Position numbers and translations under genes: made by a program. From the human T2T-CHM13v2.0 reference genome, Homo sapiens: a stretch of DNA of 64,000 nucleotides. Position 1 is the first letter of the stretch; each line of letters begins with the position of its first letter. The notes under the pieces were generated by a model, which saw only the letters and a list, made by a program, of their open reading frames with translations, searched no databases and had not been told where the DNA came from. The DNA is taken from the NCBI RefSeq assembly GCF_009914755.1, contig NC_060947.1; one strand, given 5' to 3'. Below are positions 14,841 through 27,034 of this stretch, piece by piece.

Positions 14841-15577
14841 CATCTACCATATTTAGTTTATTTTGCTCAAAACAGAACATGTTTCTAAATCATGGTTAGC
14901 ATTTTTTTTCTCAGAATGACTTCAAAATAATGATAGATGAAACCCATTCATAGTTTTCTGACTACACTCTATATGGTTGCCAGAAGTTTTTAATCTATTA
15001 CTGATGTTTCTGAAAGAATGTTGAATACCATGTAAAAAGTGGGTTTTTTTTTTTTTAGTATGCACTCTTTACAGTAAAACACTTTGGACTATACCCCTAA
15101 AATTGGGGATATATATATATATCTATATATATCTTATACATATTAATATAACATACATTTATATGGCTTATATATATAGCTTATGTATTTATATATTGTA
15201 TATAACATGTGTATCAGCATATTTATATTTTACAAACCTTATTAGTCAAAAAGGTAAGAGTTTTTTAAGTGGCGTAATTAAAGAAAAATGAAATTTCTGT
15301 TTTTTTTCCTATGGCACAAATACTACTTTTGAAAATCAGCAATCTGGGTCCTGCCTTGCTTCCAAAAACTACCTTTGAAACTAATACAAGAAGACCAGCC
15401 TTTTAAGATAGCTCAGGAATACAATACTTCATCTTAAATAAACAACTTTCAAAAAAAAATCAGAGCTTGATCTGTATCCTATTTCACTGTTAGTTACACG
15501 ATGCTATACCTTGTGCTTTGCCATACTGACATTTCTCATTTTTTATCATAAAGCCTTGCATGAATATTCATTTTTTC

Positions 15578-16572
15578 TAGCTTCTGCACAGAAAAAGAAT
15601 AATCAGAGTAAACAGACAACCCACAGAAGAGAAAATATTTGCAAACTATGCATCCAACAAAGGACTAATATCTAGAATCTACAAGGAACTCAAACAAATC
15701 AGCAAGCAAAACAAAAACAAATAATCCCATCAAACAGTTGGCAAATGACATGAATTGACATTTCTTAAAAGAAGATATACAAATGGCCATCAAACATATG
15801 AAAAAATGCTCAACATCACTAATCACCAAGAAAATGTAAATTACAACCACACTGAGATACAACCTTACCCCAGCCAGAATGGCCATTATTAAAAATTCAA
15901 AAAGCAACAGATGTTAACATGGTTGTGGTGAAGAGGGAACACTTTTACACTGCTGGTGGGAATGTAAATTAGGACAACCTCTATGGAAAACAGTATAGAG
16001 ATTTATTAAAGAACTGTATCTACCACTTGATCAATAAATACCATTACTGAGTGTCTATGCAAAGGAAAACAAGTCACTATATCAAAAAGACACTTGCAAA
16101 TATGACACCTGAAGATATATTTATCACTGTGCAATTCACAATTGAAATATATGAAACCAAATTAAGTGCCCATCAACTGATGAATGGATAAGGAAAATGT
16201 GGTATATACATCCTATGGAATACTACTCGCCCATAAAAAGAAGTAATAATGTCTCTTACAGCAAGTTTGATGGAACTAGAGGCCGTTGTTCTAAGGGAAG
16301 TAACTCAGAAATGAAAAACCAAATACCATATGTTCTTACTTACATGTGGGAGCTATGCTATGAATATGCAAAGGCACATAGAGTGGTATAATGGGCACTG
16401 GATACTGAGAAGGGAAAGGGTAGGAAGAAGGTGAGGGATAAAAACCTGTATATTTGGTACAGTGTACATTACTTGGGTGACAAGTGCACTAAAATCTCAC
16501 ACTTCATCACGATATAATTAATCTGTGTAACCAGAAACCATTTATACCCCTAAAGCTATTAAAATCAAAAAG
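15578..16572 (+). mobile_element. L1 (L1PB/L1MA-type) ORF2 end plus 3'UTR
   Basis: agcttctgcacag...caacatcactaatca...ggaatactactc motifs. Confidence 0.9.
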
Positions 16573-16664
16573 TGTTTCTTTCTATTTTCATCATCTTTGC
16601 CCACATCCATCATACTCAGGTTCCCAAACATTATGCTTCCTTTTTAGTCACAAACTCATTTGGA

Positions 16665-17735
16665 GAAAAACAAGCAACTGGATTAAAAAAATAGGCAAAA
16701 GACTTGAATAGACACTTCTCCAAAGACAACATACAAATGGCCAATAGGTATATAGATGCTCAACATCACAAATTATCAGGAAAATGCAAATCAAAACCAC
16801 AATGAGATATCACTTTATTTTTGTTAGGATGGCTATTATCACACACAAGAACAAATAAGTGGTGGAAAAGGTGTGGAGAAATTAGAAATTTGAACCCTTA
16901 TACACAGTTGATGAGAATGCTATATGGTACAGCCACTGGGAAAAACAGTATAGAGGTTCCTCAAAATATTAAAAATGATATTACCATATACTGCAGCAAT
17001 CCCACTTCTGGGTATATATCCAAATAAATTGAGGTCAGGATCTTGAAGAGATGTTTGTACTCTCATGTTCATTGCAGCACTGTTCACAATAGACAAGATA
17101 TGGAAGCAGTCCATATATATATATATACACACACATATATATGTATATGCACATATGTACATATATGTATATATATAGAGAGAGAGAGAGACAGAGAGAG
17201 AGAGAGAGAATGGAATACTATTCAGCCTTTAAAAAGAAGGAAATTCTGCCATTTGTAACAACAACTTGAGGACATTATGCTAAATGAAATAAGCCAGTCT
17301 CAGATAGAGATTCCACTTATATGAGTGTTCTAAAATAGTTGTATTCACAAAAGCAGAGAATAGAATGGTGGTTGCCAGGAGCTAAGGGAAGGGGAAATGG
17401 GGAATTGTTTTTCAATTGATGTTAAGTTTCTGTTAGGCAAGATAACTTCTAGAGATCTGATGTACAAATGTATTACCTGTAGTTAACAATACGGTGTTAT
17501 GCAGTTCAAAATATTAAAAGGATAGATTTCATGTTAGGTGCTCTTACTAAAAAAAAAAACAAAAATATACCTTAGAAACACAAGGATATTTTTGGAGGTG
17601 ATGTACATGTTTTGTACCTTGATTGTGGTGATGTTATCATGTGTGTATGCATATGTCCAAATTCATCAAGATTTAGACATTAAATGAGTCCAATATGGTA
17701 TGTCAATTACACCTCAATAAATTTAAAACATTTTT
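16665..17735 (+). mobile_element. L1M 3' end with an internal (TA)n/(GA)n microsatellite
   Basis: aaaatgcaaatcaaaaccacaatgaga motif; microsatellite at 17114-17209. Confidence 0.85.
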
Positions 17736-17813
17736 TAAAGAAGAATGTTATAGTTCTGATGTTGGCTAAAATCAATCGGTTTGTTAACAGCAGCAACAAA
17801 TTAGAACACAGAC

Positions 17814-17899
17814 CTGCTAGGTCCCCAAATTTTTAGTTTGGAGGTACTTCGATAACATCATGTTGGAAATCCGTTTTACTAAGTTTGGTAAGAGGTGTG
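17814..17899 (-). pseudogene. Exon 8: NTPLTKLSKTDFQHDVIEVPPN*KFGDLA
   Basis: attcacag acceptor and G|gtctgt donor; phase 2 to 1; one TAA. Confidence 0.6.
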
Positions 17900-18594
17900 C
17901 TGTGAATGTTCAATAGGTGACTTATTAATTGCTGTTTAAAACCAGTAGTACTGAAGCCTTAGTGTAATCTTTGCTTTGATGTCATGCCATTCTACTCCTC
18001 TACATATGACCTCTGAAATCTTATTAAATAAAATTTTACTATGAGTCAAAAGTATACTTCAGCGGTATATTAATATAAGAGGATAATAAGTATGTAAAAA
18101 AATACAGAGAAAGAAAGGATGGGAAAACAACAATATGAAAATATATTTCAGAAAATAAAATGAGAAAATACATGTTTTTTTCAAGTGATGTGATGTGGTG
18201 GAAACAGCACATCTTTGTGAGGAGGTGTTGGGAATAAGGAAGGAGACTTTGAAATTCCCTAGTTAGTTGGTATCACTGGGGATTAATCAGTCTATTCAGA
18301 ATACCAACTCTCATTCCTAGATACAAGCATGTAAGAGTATGATCATGTGATGTAAGTGACAACTTGCTGTGCGCCCCCAGGTTTAAGTGAAAATAAAAGA
18401 AAACAAATCTTTGTTCATCCTTTTAAAAAAATCATAGACTTGATAGAGAAAAACTACTACAATTATAGTAAATTGCCAAGACTAAGGAAATACTCATTGA
18501 ACGAACTTAGTGTCATTTAGGAAATGTTTAGTAATCAGTAATTATGATTTTCTCAAAATAATCTGGTTTAATTATAACTGAAAGTTTCTGTTAC

Positions 18595-18659
18595 TTTTCT
18601 CCCATCTCCCATGGACATCTTGAACACAATTTCTTCATTGCTTTCAATGTAAACATTGC
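18595..18659 (-). pseudogene. Exon 7: AMFTLKAMKKLCSRCPWEMGE
   Basis: AG acceptor downstream of a pyrimidine tract and gtaaca donor; open frame, phase 0 to 2, bridging exons 6 and 8. Confidence 0.55.
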
Positions 18660-19090
18660 CTACTTTTATCAGAGACAGATAGTTGGAGAAAATAGCAAGA
18701 GAATACACTGGAGACAGTCATTTATTTTGGTAAAAAAAAAAAAAATGATTACTAGTACCAAATAGTAGTTAGTTTCATTTAAGTTTTTGTTCTTAGAACA
18801 GAAAGAAGCAGTAAATAAAAGCATGATTTCTTCTGTATATTATAATACTCTGCATTATGTTTCTACATCTAATTAAAGTCCAAATCAAGATACAAATTTT
18901 AATTGCTTTATAACCTAATTTGTTCCAATTCCATCAATATTTTTAAAATATTGCCATTGTTTTGATTCAATGAGTATATTGTTTTGTGTCTAGAATTTTA
19001 ATCCAAATCTTTAAGCAATATCTGTAATATTACCATTACTATGAACCAAATTTTAATTGACTTAAAAATGTTACAGAATATAATAGCTAC

Positions 19091-19447
19091 TGTATTTGTT
19101 CCTTCTCATGCTGCCATGAAGAAATACCCAAGACTGGGTAATTTATAAAGAAAGGAAGTTTAATTGACTCACAGTTTCACATGGCTGGGGAGGCCTCAGG
19201 AAACTTAAAATCATGGCAGATGGCACCTCTTCAAAGGGTGGCAGGAGAGAGAATAAGTGCCAGCAGGGAAATGTCAGACACTCAAAAACCATCAGATCTC
19301 CTGAGAACTGACTATCATGAGAACAGTATGGGGAAACTGCCCCCATGATTTAATTACCTCCCACCGGGTCCCTCCCATGACATATGGGGATTATGGGCAT
19401 TACAATTCAAGATGAGATTTGAGTGGGGACACAGCCAAACTATATGA
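19091..19447 (-). mobile_element. THE1 (MaLR) solo LTR
   Basis: About 355 bp; gactgggtaatttataaag...ggggacacagccaaac. Confidence 0.9.
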
Positions 19448-20410
19448 GCTACTCTATTATGAAACATGTATTTCTATAAAATAAAAAAGTAAGCATTTTT
19501 CACATTTGGCTAGCTATAATTAATAATGTATTTTTCATGGAATTCATTTTAGAAATGTTCTTTATAAGAAATTTCCATTTGTGATTAAAAACCAGTCCAT
19601 TCCCAGACCTATAGTGGCATGACCTCACTAATTAGTTATGCATAAATTTAAAAGAAAAAATGTATTTAGATGTTTAATGTTGGTTAATATATTAATAATT
19701 TAATGTAGTTTACATAATATGTAACTTAGGCCAAGCCAAATATTGTCAAGTCTGCTTCTTAATTTTAAAATAAACCTCTATTTAAAGTCATAATATATAG
19801 ACAGGAAAACATATTTAATAAAATGATATCACAACATCAGGTAAGATATATTATCTGTTTTGTTTTTCACATTTGTAGGTAAGTTCTCGTATTCGTATTG
19901 CTAATAACTATCTGATTAAAATCTGTGTAATGATTACAATATTCTCTGGTTCAAATCACTTGACAAATATGGTTTCATGCCCCTATTGAGCACTCTTTTC
20001 TACAAGTCTGCCTCACGCACTACTGCGTCTACACCTTTCATTCAGTGTTTGTTGCAGTTACCCGCCTTTCTTCAGAAATACTGCAGAATTGAGGCTTATC
20101 CCATTTATTTTTTGTCTTTCTGATGCCACATGCCAATATTTGTATATTCCTTCTTATCCACTAAGTTTCATTTTTCACTGTCTTTTAGATCTACTTAAAC
20201 ATTTTATTCTGTATGTATCTCTAACCATCCAGTCACTATCTGTCTTTTAGAATAGAGAAGCAGATGTTCAACAAGATTTAAATGATTCACATGCTTAGGT
20301 AACCAAGTCAGAGTAGAAAAAAATACAGTTACAAGACATATTCTAGAAAAACATATTTTCATGGGTGGATGTGATATCTTTTCACCTCCTATCCTCCACC
20401 CAATACTTAT

Positions 20411-20492
20411 TGTACGGTAGTTTTGAAGAATCTGTGGACATAGGTAGCCCTTTTTGGACACCACCTTTTTAATTCCAATATGCCTCCCATAC
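20411..20492 (-). pseudogene. Exon 6: VWEAY/GIKKVVSKKGYLCPQILQNYRT (1-nt insertion)
   Basis: tttcttcaatcag acceptor; donor reads ataagt (decayed gtaagt); length 82 = 3n+1. Confidence 0.65.
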
Positions 20493-21944
20493 CTGATTGA
20501 AGAAACTATTATCAAAGAATATTTAATAAAGTGATAATATGTTCATATTACATCAATGTATAATCAATTTATTATTATTATTATTATTTTGAGACAGGGT
20601 CTTGCTCTGTCACCCAGGTTATAATAATCAATTTATAAAGTAGTATGCATAGTATGTTTATATTAACATGTATTTATTATTATACTTATATATCATATAC
20701 TACATATGAATAAAAATCACTTTTATCCTGTTTATACAAAATACATATAGGTATTATTAATGTGTTATATCTTATGTTTTCATACATATGTGCATGTGTG
20801 TATGTGTAAATATATATGTGCAAATATATATGTGCATACACCCACATCTCACAATGTTAATGGTTTAGATTATGGTTATTTATCTGAGATGTTTAGTTAC
20901 ATTATGTCAATTTTTATAGAATATGCTATACAAACAATTACAAAAACTGTATGCCATCAAGAATAATCTGAATGACCATCTTAAAACTGGGTTGACTGTC
21001 TTTGGTTACTATCGTCTGTTAGGAAAGAAATGATTGAGCAGTGTGGAAGGGAAGGGTATTTCAAATAGGGTAGGTAAATCAGCTGGAATAACCCAATAGA
21101 TTAATGGGTTGATATATTCTAATTAATATAATTTCTATTTTCCAAATTGAGTCCTATGAAACACTAATCCACAAAATATTTCTGAACAAAAAGACTCCAT
21201 GCTAAAATAAATTTGGTGAACTCTAGTCTTCTCTTGAAGTTTCTTTTATGCTCTTTAGTATAATAAATTTTCTCAGGAATTATGCATAAAAGAAATTTAT
21301 TAACTATGTTTAACTCATGTGTCCCAAACTTATTTAATCATTAAATAGTATTAACAGCCCATGGAATAAATAAATGTTCTATGAAGTACAAGCTAAGGAA
21401 TTATGTTCACATGTAACAGTAGAGGACAATTTAATAAAGAATTTAAAGAGAGAGTTTTGACATTGTGGTGGATAGTAAAATACTAGTTGAAATCAAGTAA
21501 TTATAGCAGGTGATATTTCTTTTGAGGAATTTAGGAGTTATTAAAAATATATTCTATATTCATCTAAATTTGTTGCTAAGGATGTTTTGGGGGGTCTTAG
21601 GCCCAGGGGATGTGGGGAAGGGAAGGCTGCTACACTGCTAAGCAGAGCAGAATGTGAAGAGAAAACACTTGTTATGGCAAACAGCATAACTGAGAACCTG
21701 GGACACCTGTAATATCACATGTTCATCTGTGATATCAAACACCCTCCTACATACCCCATATAAAATGAGTCAGGCTCCATTTAATGAAATAGTAATTTAA
21801 AAGAAAAAGATGAACAAAAGCCACATAGAACTTATGATAAAGTTCCAGTTAACAAGTACTCCTGTCTGTGGACAGATAGAGGTTAAGCCAGAAAGGATGA
21901 AGGTACAAAACAATTTTTTATTTTATATAAATATATATACATAT

Positions 21945-22345
21945 ATATATTTTATTATACTTTAAGTTCCAGGGTACATGTGCACAACGTGCAGGTTTGT
22001 TACATATGTATACATGTGCCATGTTGGTGTGCTGCACCCATTAACTCATCATTTACATTAGGTATATCTCCTAAAGCTATCCCTCCCCCGTCCCCCCACC
22101 CCAATATTTTATTTTATTATATTATTTTTCTCTCAACTTTTATTTTCGGTTCAGGGAGTACATGTGCAGGTTTTGTTGCATGGGTAAATTTTGTGTCACT
22201 GAGGTTTGTTGTACGAATGTTCCTATCACCCAGGTAGTGAACATAGTACACGACAGGTAGTTTTTCAACTCATACCCCTTCACACTCTTCCCCCTACCAA
22301 GGAGTCCCCAGTATCTATTGCTTTTCTCTTTGTATGTATTATTGT
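21945..22345 (-). mobile_element. Two adjacent short L1PA 3' ends
   Basis: ttatactttaagttccagggtacatgtgcacaacgtg at 21950-22100 and an older 3' end at 22125-22345. Confidence 0.85.
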
Positions 22346-22498
22346 TGTAAGACTATATACTAAAAGGAACTCCATCTCCAAAAGCTCTGAAATGCCTTAT
22401 ATCATTCGTTGTTTCCTAGACCAAAGAACTATTCACTCCTTCATATTTTCACTAACCAGTGATTGCTCACTAATTCCTTCCTAACTTTTATATCAGAA

Positions 22499-22689
22499 CA
22501 GTGTTTCTCAAAGTGTGGTCCTTAGACCAGCAGGATCAGCTACACTTAAGAATCTGTGAGAACTGCAACTTCTCAGGATCTACCCTACGACGACTAGACA
22601 AGAAACTCTGAGGGCATGGGACAGTAGCCTGCATTTTTAACAAGCCCTCCAGAGAATTCTGATGCGCACTCAAATTTGAGAATCTACTG
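22499..22689. mobile_element. MER5A (hAT-Charlie) DNA transposon
   Basis: About 190 bp; cagtgtttctcaaa...tttgagaatctactg terminal inverted repeats. Confidence 0.85.
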
Positions 22690-23473
22690 CAGTAGAAGAA
22701 TACAATTGATGCCTGCCTAGGATGTTTCTAATAATGATATCAGCCAGTCCTTGTATCAAATCACAAATCTAATTTTAAATAAGCCAAATTTTTTAAACAT
22801 AGCATTTATGTTATAAAGTACGAGCAGCCCAAAATTTGTACAGGATTTATCTGAAAATGGAATTGAAAGTTGGCATAATAAAACTTGGTACATATTTCCT
22901 CATGGGCCTAATGCAACGAAATTGTGGCAAGAGAAACCATTCCAAAGAAGTCTATTTATACTGTACTTTAATTGTACTACAGTATTGATAGCATTAACTT
23001 GAATTCTGAGATGAGTGACAATCAGGTTCAAGAGAGAAATGGAAAGGATAGGAAAGTAAAGAAGGAAAAAAATAAATAGGAGAGAGGAGAAATGGTTACC
23101 CCCCCTTATTTGGTATAGTGATAACTACAGGTATAATGCAAAAAAAAAATCAGTTTTCTTTGACTCCATTGTAACTACCTACCTATATCAATATTCCAAC
23201 TTTTAGCTGGCCTCATTTTCAGTAGAGCTGTTCTCCCTCCATAATTCTTACATCATAATATTAGAGTGTGTATATTCTGCTTCTAAGCTTTGAAACTGGT
23301 GAAAAAAATATGCCTTCTGGGTTCAAGGAGGAAATATGAGTTAAGCAATATAACAGGGAGTAGTGGTATATATTGCTCCAATCTACTAAAGAGTACTGGG
23401 GTTCTAAAGAATTAGAAGTGCATGCTCTAATGAATCCTTTCTTGACACTCTCCATGCTAAACAAATCACATAC

Positions 23474-23597
23474 ATCCCTGGAATTAATTTTCCCTGTTAT
23501 TTGCCAGTTTGTGAGTGCAACATCTAAAAGCTCTTCTCTTCCACGTGCCCCCAACCAAAATTCCAATTTGGGTGATGCAGGTTATCTTACATGATTT
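23474..23597 (-). pseudogene. Exon 5: (*)NHVR*PASPKLEFWLGARGREELLDVALTNWQITGKINSRD
   Basis: ttttctctag acceptor and GAT|gtatgt donor; phase 2 to 0. The junction codon is TG|A and there is one internal TAA. Confidence 0.8.
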
Positions 23598-23970
23598 CTA
23601 GAGAAAATGCAACTAAAGTTAATTACTTCACATTTAACTATGAATGACTAAGAAGACTACTAACTGTCTGGCAAGTTTAGGCAGCTACTCCTGATTTTCA
23701 GGTTATTCCCTGCTCTTCTTCTAACCATCAGGTCTTCTTACCTCTGAATTTTATCACAATAGATACAGTAGACATTGGGTGGTATTTTCAGAGTCTAGAA
23801 GAAGGACATAAACAATCTCTGTAAGTATAAATAATAGAAAGTTTGTAAGTTTTGAGAACTGCCAATGATTCTTCACATAATATAATCATGGAAAAGACAG
23901 GAATCTTCAATCATCACCACAGAGCAAACAACCAAGGAAGGTTCCTGTGATGATTCAAAACCAGATTTCA

Positions 23971-24138
23971 CAGCTTCTCAAAACTGGCTGCTCATTAGGA
24001 TTCTTGGTGGATTCTCCGTAGCCAGGTGCCACCCTCCAGTCAAAATAAATGAGAGGCTCTGTAGGAGGGGCCCAGGTATTCATATATTCTTAAAAATTTC
24101 CCTGTGTAGCTGTAATTCTCAGGATAGAAAACTATTGC
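23971..24138. mobile_element. MER5-family fragment
   Basis: cttctcaaactggctgctcattagga...gaaaactattg. Confidence 0.6.
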
Positions 24139-25254
24139 CAGAGCATCAGAGTTACTCCAGCCTCCAAATCCAGTCATGCACAAAAGCAAATTCCTCCTTG
24201 TAATTCTTCTGAAGGGGTTGGCAAATATTTCTTTAACTTAGAATATGACACCTTAGATATCCCATGACATCCCCACCAGGCCAAATCTACTATCTGCCAT
24301 TTTGTTCTTGGATTAAAATTCAGTCCCCCTTTAATCTTCAGCAAACTCATACTATGGATTTAATCTGTGTTACTATTTGCTTTGATTCAAAATTTCTTTA
24401 ATTACATTCATGTCAAATTATTACATTTGAAATATATTCAATCCACAAAATAATATGTGGTTTCTTTTACTGTTTTCTATTCATTTGTGATGGTTTGACA
24501 AGGGAAAGATAATTCCATAGGACATGTACATGATGATAATAGACTTTTCTACTTTATATAATAAAATTTGGAATGAATAGCTCATCTTCAGTACCTCAAA
24601 CGATGTTACAAGAAGGGACAGTAGGAACAGGACAGTTTGAAGGAGGGGCAGGGTAGATGAGGGCATTTTACATTAAAATAGGCTACTCAAGTGGACCAGT
24701 TTTCAGTTACTATAGTCACAGGACATAACCCAAAGGTGTTTATAAGTGTTCCTCCCAATGAACTTTATTAGATTAAAATATAGCCATTAAATATTCCACA
24801 GAAATGCACGTCCTATACTTGTCTTTGGGTAGTCCTATAGTTGTGGTCATTTGTCATAGTTAAATTATGCCCATTCTCAAAATAGCACATCAGTTCCAAG
24901 GGATTATAAAGGTCAGCTTTTACTAGCATGACAGAAATCAAAGGGTGATTTCATGTTCCTTAACTAGGGACAAAAGGTCACAACTATTAAATCTTTAAAT
25001 CCATGTGCTGTGATGGGCTTTATCTGTTAAAGGAAAAAGAAGAATTCATGATATAAGCTTAATCTAATTTATGACTGTATAATCAGGAACAACTTAGGTG
25101 TTTAAGAGGTACTATATTCTTTACTATAACACAAGGCTCAATAGTTAAGAAGCAACAAAGTAAACAAATTTGGATGACTGGCTATACTAACACCATTTCA
25201 ATTTCCTAAATTATCTTGTCCTTCACAGAAATTCATACAGAGACTGTAAGAAGT

Positions 25255-25520
25255 AAATATTCACAATCTCAGCATCTCTTACAGCTAAGGATGGCCACAT
25301 AGCATAGCAGTTCTTGCCATGAGACATAGGCAGCAGTCTGCTGAAGGGAGTCTGAAAGAGATACAATTGGTGGTTTCTTCTCCTTTCTTCAGGCCTCAAA
25401 TAGTAGCTGAACGGTGGCTGTCAGCTTGTAATCAGAAAGAAAAGGCAAAGAGAATCATCAAGACACCAGTCCTGATAGCACTGAAATGTCACACCAATGC
25501 CAGAAAAGGCCTGCCTCTAG
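25255..25520. mobile_element. MLT1-type MaLR LTR fragment
   Basis: cagctaaggatggccacatag...gttcttgccatgaga resembles the MLT1 core. Confidence 0.55.
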
Positions 25521-25782
25521 ATTTCTTGTTACGTAAAATTTATTGAGGACATAGTTAGTTGGTTATTCTTTTACTTGTAGTAAAATGCATACCTAACTTA
25601 AATCCAGCCTCAACAAAACAGTTTTTATTCCAAATTTATATTTTTCCCATCATTAATAGTTCCAGTATTGGAAATATTTGCCATACTTAACAAATAAATA
25701 TTTAATAACTATCTCTCGAAAAAGAAAAAAAAAACTCCTTATCAGTAATATTGGCCAACTTTTATGTTATAAATAACCCTAC

Positions 25783-26138
25783 TGTATTAGTCCATTCTCA
25801 CGCTGCTATAAAGAAATACCTGAGACTAGATAATTTATAAGAAAAGAGGTTTAATTGAATCACAGCTCCACATGGTTGGGGAGGCCTCAGGAAACTCACT
25901 ATCATGGCAGAAGGCACCTCTTCACAGGGAGGCATGAGAGAGAATGAGTGCTGAGCAAACGGGGAAGCCCCTTATGAAACCATCAGATCTTGTGAGAACT
26001 CACTTAGTATCAGGAGAACAGCATGGGGGAAACCACCCCCACGATTCAATTATCTCAACCTGTTCCCATCCTTGACATGTGGGGTTTATTACAATTCAAG
26101 GTGAGATTTGGCTGGGGACACAGAGCCAAACCATGTCA
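25783..26138 (-). mobile_element. THE1/MST (MaLR) solo LTR
   Basis: tgtattagtccattctcacgctgctataaagaaatacctgagact...gagccaaaccatgtca. Confidence 0.9.
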
Positions 26139-26907
26139 CCCACCATGATAATTTTAAAATACCAATATGATGTCACTGAATGCAGAGTTAGGAAAAGATT
26201 CACACCATTGAATCTCATGAGTCAATTCCAAACAGCCTCAGCACACCACTAGATAGTCCCCTAATTACTAACTACAGTTTCACGAAACTATTAGAGTTCA
26301 TTGTTTTTACTTTCAATTTCATTGTAACAGAGAACAGAGTTTATATAGACAGGAACTTAGAGCTCAGAATTATTGACTGTCAAGATAAATTGGCTACATT
26401 TATTAAATTGAAAGTAGCTATCATAATTTATGTAAAACTTTCAGTAGGAACTTAGAAGTTGTCCTGTCTCAAGCCAAATGCACTCATTAACTCAATACGC
26501 ATAATTTCCAAATGTCTCCTCGTAGGAAAGAATATAATCTAATTCACTCTCATATCAGATAAAATTTAATACATAGATTTGAAAACAATGTGGTTATAAC
26601 GTTAAATAACTTGCATGGAAAAATGTTTTAGCTCTCACAAATATCCGTAACTCTATCTGTGATCGGGAATGAGAATGGACGATTCTCTAGTCTTCTAACT
26701 AATCTTGCAATAGGACTGCTCTCATACCCAATTACCTAATGAGAGTGAAACTTACAATATAGTACAAAATACTTTAGTAGTTATTATCTATGAAAAGTAT
26801 TACCTACAACTTCCCTAGTAAAGTCTCTGTGCAGAAGAATTCTCACATATTCACGCAAAGCGAAATCTTAACACTGAAGATTTTTGTTTGTTTTTGTTTT
26901 TACTCAC

Positions 26908-27034
26908 CAAAGCAGGTCTTCTACAAACATAAACAATGAATTACCTGCTTTTTTGGGATGATACGAGAATATAATTTTCCTGGGATGGATAAGTACAGGC
27001 TTCATTACCAAAGTGACTACAGATATTGAATGGC
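26908..27034 (-). pseudogene. Exon 4: GHSISVVTLVMKPVLIHPRKIIFSYHPKKAGNSLFMFVEDLL
   Basis: ttttcttactag acceptor and TG|gtgagt donor (an internal G|gtaatt donor is also present); open frame, phase 1 to 2. Confidence 0.8.

Noticed and set aside
25283-25351. Minus-strand segment with a good acceptor (tctctttcag) and donor (gtaaga), translating as DSLQQTAAYVSWQELLCY, tempting as the MCM FVDWQ motif
   Set aside because: It lies in MLT1 LTR-like sequence and its exit phase does not fit exon 5. At most it is a later exonised repeat.
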